Source of the DNA: Rhizophagus irregularis
Lineage: Eukaryota
Length of the DNA stretch: 64,000 nucleotides
Assembly (NCBI RefSeq): GCF_026210795.1
Contig: NC_089431.1
Span: 1-64,000 of the forward strand
Reading direction: 5' to 3'
Below the pieces are notes generated by a model. It saw only the letters and a list, made by a program, of their open reading frames with translations. It searched no databases and had not been told where the DNA came from. The position numbers and the translations under genes were made by a program. Below are positions 63,305 to 64,000 of the stretch, in pieces; within the stretch, counting starts at the first letter, position 1; every line of letters begins with the position of its first letter.

Positions 63305-63954
63305 CTAACAGGGCGGACATGCATTATATCACAATGTCGATCACTTGCCGATCATGATATAAGTGATATCACGTTAAATTTGAAGCTTTATTCCAAGCAA
63401 TAAATGTTCTGACAATTTATGTTAAATTATTTTATTTAATAGTTTCATTTATCAATAAATTAATATAAAAGTATTGTAGCAAAATAAGGTGTGTTTCAAA
63501 AGTTAGATTTTATGTCAAATTTTCAATAATTAATATATATGCTATATATATGCTGATCATCTGCTAACGTGACTTTGAAGCTTCGGGCAAAGCCACAGAT
63601 CTTTGGGTGAAACTTGAAACTTTTACAGTATATTATTTAGGTATTCAAGAATCAATGGCTAAAATAAACCTGGATAATTTTTGATAACCCAAAAGTTATC
63701 ATTAAATAAATGTTTACAATTATTGTAAAATTAATATATGTCTGATATTTGACAAATTCTTTATGAATTATTTTAAGAACTAATTTATTAACAATAAATA
63801 AAATAAAGTAAATAAAATCGAAATTTTTTACATTATTATGTAGAATTTGTGAAAAAACTAATTTAATGGTATTTTTTTATGTGATAATATTGGACAAGTG
63901 ATCAGTAAAATGATCAGCAATTTCATGATAATATGGGGATGTCCGCCCTGTTAG
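63305..63954. mobile_element. Unclassified TIR element
   Basis: TIR CTAACAGGGCGGACAT / ATGTCCGCCCTGTTAG; flanking 5-bp duplication TTCGT. Confidence 0.8.
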
Positions 63955-64000
63955 TTCGTCTAAAGAAGTCCAGCGTCCCTATATAAAGAAGAAAGAACGT

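Overview
Very AT-rich, intron-containing eukaryotic DNA. Gene families, short GT-AG introns and TE content point to an arbuscular mycorrhizal fungus (Glomeromycotina, Rhizophagus-like); this is an inference. The window is a transposon-dense accessory region. It holds three decayed hAT transposase loci, a ~9.6-kb CMC/Plavaka element with three genes, an IS630/Tc1 (DD34E) transposase with a convergent partner gene, and an APE-RT-RNaseH LINE with a 16-bp TSD. There are also many nested non-autonomous elements, most with readable TIRs and TSDs. Two apparently intact effector-type genes are present: a nuclease-like + FunK1 kinase gene and a Crinkler Ubl + nuclease-like + kinase gene. Each lies downstream of a decayed coiled-coil gene. 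The most unusual signal is a set of tandem arrays in which each unit is a complete splice cassette (branch point, pyrimidine tract, AG, ~30-nt exon, GT). These sit on the sense strand upstream of all three hAT transposases and form long inverted arms of a ~17.5-kb hAT element. No rRNA, tRNA or CRISPR array was recognised. All calls are by eye, without database searches.
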